From positions 1 to 18,585 of the forward strand of contig CAVUHW010000044.1 of assembly GCA_963741205.1 (NCBI GenBank): DNA of 18,585 nt, given 5' to 3'. The notes under the pieces are model-generated. The model was not told the origin of the DNA, did not search any database, and saw only the letters and a list, made by a program, of their open reading frames with translations. The position numbers and the translations under genes were made by a program. This document shows positions 16,475 to 18,585 of this stretch, in pieces; the first letter of the stretch is position 1, and every line of letters starts with the position of its first letter. This stretch comes from Nitrospirota bacterium (GTDB lineage Bacteria; Nitrospirota; UBA9217).

Positions 16475-17413
16475 ATGGACGGTAGTCTCCTCATAGCGTT
16501 CTTGATATTTATTCTGGTTTTGCTTCTTGGCTTTCTGACGTTTTATTATTCGAACCGTTATTCAAAGAGAATAAGCATCAGTGAAAGGATAAGGAAAGAG
16601 ACAGCGCCGGACAATTATGAGGGCTTCTCCCAGGAGCGGAAGTGGCAAGGGATCGTTCAGAAAACGGTAAGCGGGTTCGGCGAAACGGTAAGTCCGAAAA
16701 ATGAAGCGGATGTCTCACGGACCATGAAAAAGCTTGTGAAAGCGGGGTACTATGGAGAAGACAGCCTGACGGTATTTTTAGGATCGAAAATTATCGCAGC
16801 CATTATTTTTTCGGCGCTCTGCGTGGTCCTGAAATTCTCGTTCCTGAAGACGATGCCAACCCAGCACTTCCTCGTTCTCATCGTTTTTTTCACTGTCGCA
16901 GGCTTTTTTATTCCCGATCTTTATATCTACCGGAAAACGCAGACAAGAAAAAGGACAATCTTCGAAGGGTTCCCCGACGCACTGGACCTCATGGTCGTCT
17001 GCGTTGAGGCCGGCATGGGGCTTGATGCGGCCATAAAGCGGGTGGGCGATGAAATATCGCGCAAATGTAAGGAACTGGGCGCTGAGTTCAAAATGCTGAG
17101 TTTGGAGCTCCGGGCAGGCAAGCCGAGGGCAGAAGCCTTGCGGAACCTCGCGGAGAGGACTGACCTTGAAGACGTGGCGAGCCTCGTTACCCTTCTCATC
17201 CAGACCGATAAATTCGGCACCAGAGTGGGGCAAGCTCTGAGAGTGCATTCCGATGCAATGAGGACAAAAAGATACCAGCGGGCTGAAGAGATTGCAGCGA
17301 AACTGCCGGTAAAGATCGTATTCCCTTTGATATTTTTTATATTCCCCGCTCTTTTTGTATCAATTTTGGGGCCGGCTATAATAAGGATCTACAGGGTCCT
17401 TATCATGCGATAA
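16475..17413 (+). CDS. tadC: TadC inner-membrane platform protein (T2SS F family)
   Basis: FPDALDLMVVCVEAGMGLDAA, LIQTDKFGT, RAEEIAAKLPVKIVFPLIFFIFP. Confidence 0.95.
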   Translation: MDGSLLIAFLIFILVLLLGFLTFYYSNRYSKRISISERIRKETAPDNYEGFSQERKWQGIVQKTVSGFGETVSPKNEADVSRTMKKLVKAGYYGEDSLTVFLGSKIIAAIIFSALCVVLKFSFLKTMPTQHFLVLIVFFTVAGFFIPDLYIYRKTQTRKRTIFEGFPDALDLMVVCVEAGMGLDAAIKRVGDEISRKCKELGAEFKMLSLELRAGKPRAEALRNLAERTDLEDVASLVTLLIQTDKFGTRVGQALRVHSDAMRTKRYQRAEEIAAKLPVKIVFPLIFFIFPALFVSILGPAIIRIYRVLIMR

Positions 17414-17588
17414 TCCCGAAGGAAGCATGGCTCCCAAGGGTTGCACTTCGTTATAGAACTGGCGAGTTCAAGAATTGGTGGCTGATGATCAATCGTTGCT
17501 TACAAGAAGACTGAAAACTTCAGGATCTTAGCGAGAAATGCATTATCTGCTTTCCGGTTTGGCCGGGTTCGAATGAAAGGATCTATCC

Positions 17589-18518
17589 ATGATGAATAGA
17601 AAGACAGGGACGATACTTCTCATCTGCATCGCAACAACGGCTTTACTTGCCGGATGTGCAACGAACAACACCGGGGCCGTCCCGAAAGCAATGAAATACG
17701 AAAGGCCCGAGCGCAGGCTCTTGACCACAGAGGGCAAAAAAGCCGAGGAAGTGCCGGATACAGCCGAAAATTGCGAACACCTTGGAGACCTTAATCTTCA
17801 GCGGGGTGATGTCACCGCGGCATTCCTCAATTATACGAAGGCACTCCAGATAGAGCCTGAAAGGCCCTCGGCTTCTTATAAGACAGGAAGGCTTTTTTTA
17901 TACAAGGGTATGACGGAAGAAGCCCGCAGAGAATTCGAAAAGATATTGAAGAAGGACCCGAAGAACGCCCTCGCCTATGAGGCAATGGGAAGAACCTATC
18001 TCTTCGACAACGATAATGAAAAGGCCATTGAATATTTCATGAAGGCCCTGAACATAAACGATCGTCTCTGGGAGGTTCATGACCTGCTCGGCATCGCCTA
18101 CGACAGGCAGAGAAAATTCAACGCGGCTATTGACCATTACAGGATTGCGATTTCAATAAAGCCCAATACGGGCGCGGTCTATAATAACCTAGGGGTCTCA
18201 TACTTCATGAATGAAGAGTACGATAAGGCGAGAGACGCCTTCACCACAGCGATAGAGAAAGGCGAAGAGGGGAGCAGGGTTTTCAACAACCTTGCAGTTA
18301 CTTTGGGCAAACTGGGAGAATATCGTATGGCCCGTGAGGCTTTTAACAGGGCCGGCAGCCAGGCAAAGGCTGAGAACAACATCGGGTATCTCTACATGCT
18401 TGACGGTAAAAACAAGGAAGCCGCTCTTGCCTTTGAAAAGGCCATTGAGTTGAACCCCGCCTTTTACGGGAAGGCCCACGAGAACCTGAAGAGGGCGAAC
18501 GAAACCTTGAAAGAGTAA
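17589..18518 (+). CDS. tadD: TPR-repeat lipoprotein, TadD-like pilotin
   Basis: Lipobox LLAG-C; repeated TPR motifs (LGIAYD..A..HY..A, YNNLGVSY, NNIGYLY..FEKAIELNP); follows tadC. Confidence 0.85.
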   Translation: MMNRKTGTILLICIATTALLAGCATNNTGAVPKAMKYERPERRLLTTEGKKAEEVPDTAENCEHLGDLNLQRGDVTAAFLNYTKALQIEPERPSASYKTGRLFLYKGMTEEARREFEKILKKDPKNALAYEAMGRTYLFDNDNEKAIEYFMKALNINDRLWEVHDLLGIAYDRQRKFNAAIDHYRIAISIKPNTGAVYNNLGVSYFMNEEYDKARDAFTTAIEKGEEGSRVFNNLAVTLGKLGEYRMAREAFNRAGSQAKAENNIGYLYMLDGKNKEAALAFEKAIELNPAFYGKAHENLKRANETLKE

Positions 18519-18585
18519 GGAGCGCCATTGCCCAGATCTCTTAGAAGACGATTGCACGTTCGAGAAAGTATAATCGCAAAGAGTG

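Overview
Bacterial chromosomal window with two halves. Left half, minus strand (1-6175): a comM/yifB ATPase gene carrying an in-frame TAG and a 1-nt frameshift; a lower-GC 501-aa GT-C-like membrane protein gene bracketed by a ~188-bp imperfect direct repeat (the 3' end of the neighbouring hydrolase gene plus a sigma70-like promoter); an SH3 / degenerate NlpC-P60 / DUF1460-like cell-wall hydrolase; tRNA-Leu(GAG); and ilvE, probably leaderless. Right half, plus strand (7048-18518): after a long AT-rich region with a consensus-like sigma54 promoter and twin 22-bp repeats, a Tad/Flp pilus cluster (flp, cpaB, cpaC, lipoprotein, frameshifted tadE, tadG, cpaE, cpaF, tadB, tadC, tadD). Its first gene is an ICMT-family membrane methyltransferase, and no tadV/cpaA prepilin peptidase is visible in the window. 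Best candidates for novelty: a possible pilin-modification module (methyltransferase plus GT-C-like protein), the repeat-bounded cassette with a duplicated promoter, and the dead-plus-live NlpC/P60 fusion. All calls come from manual motif reading; no searches were run.
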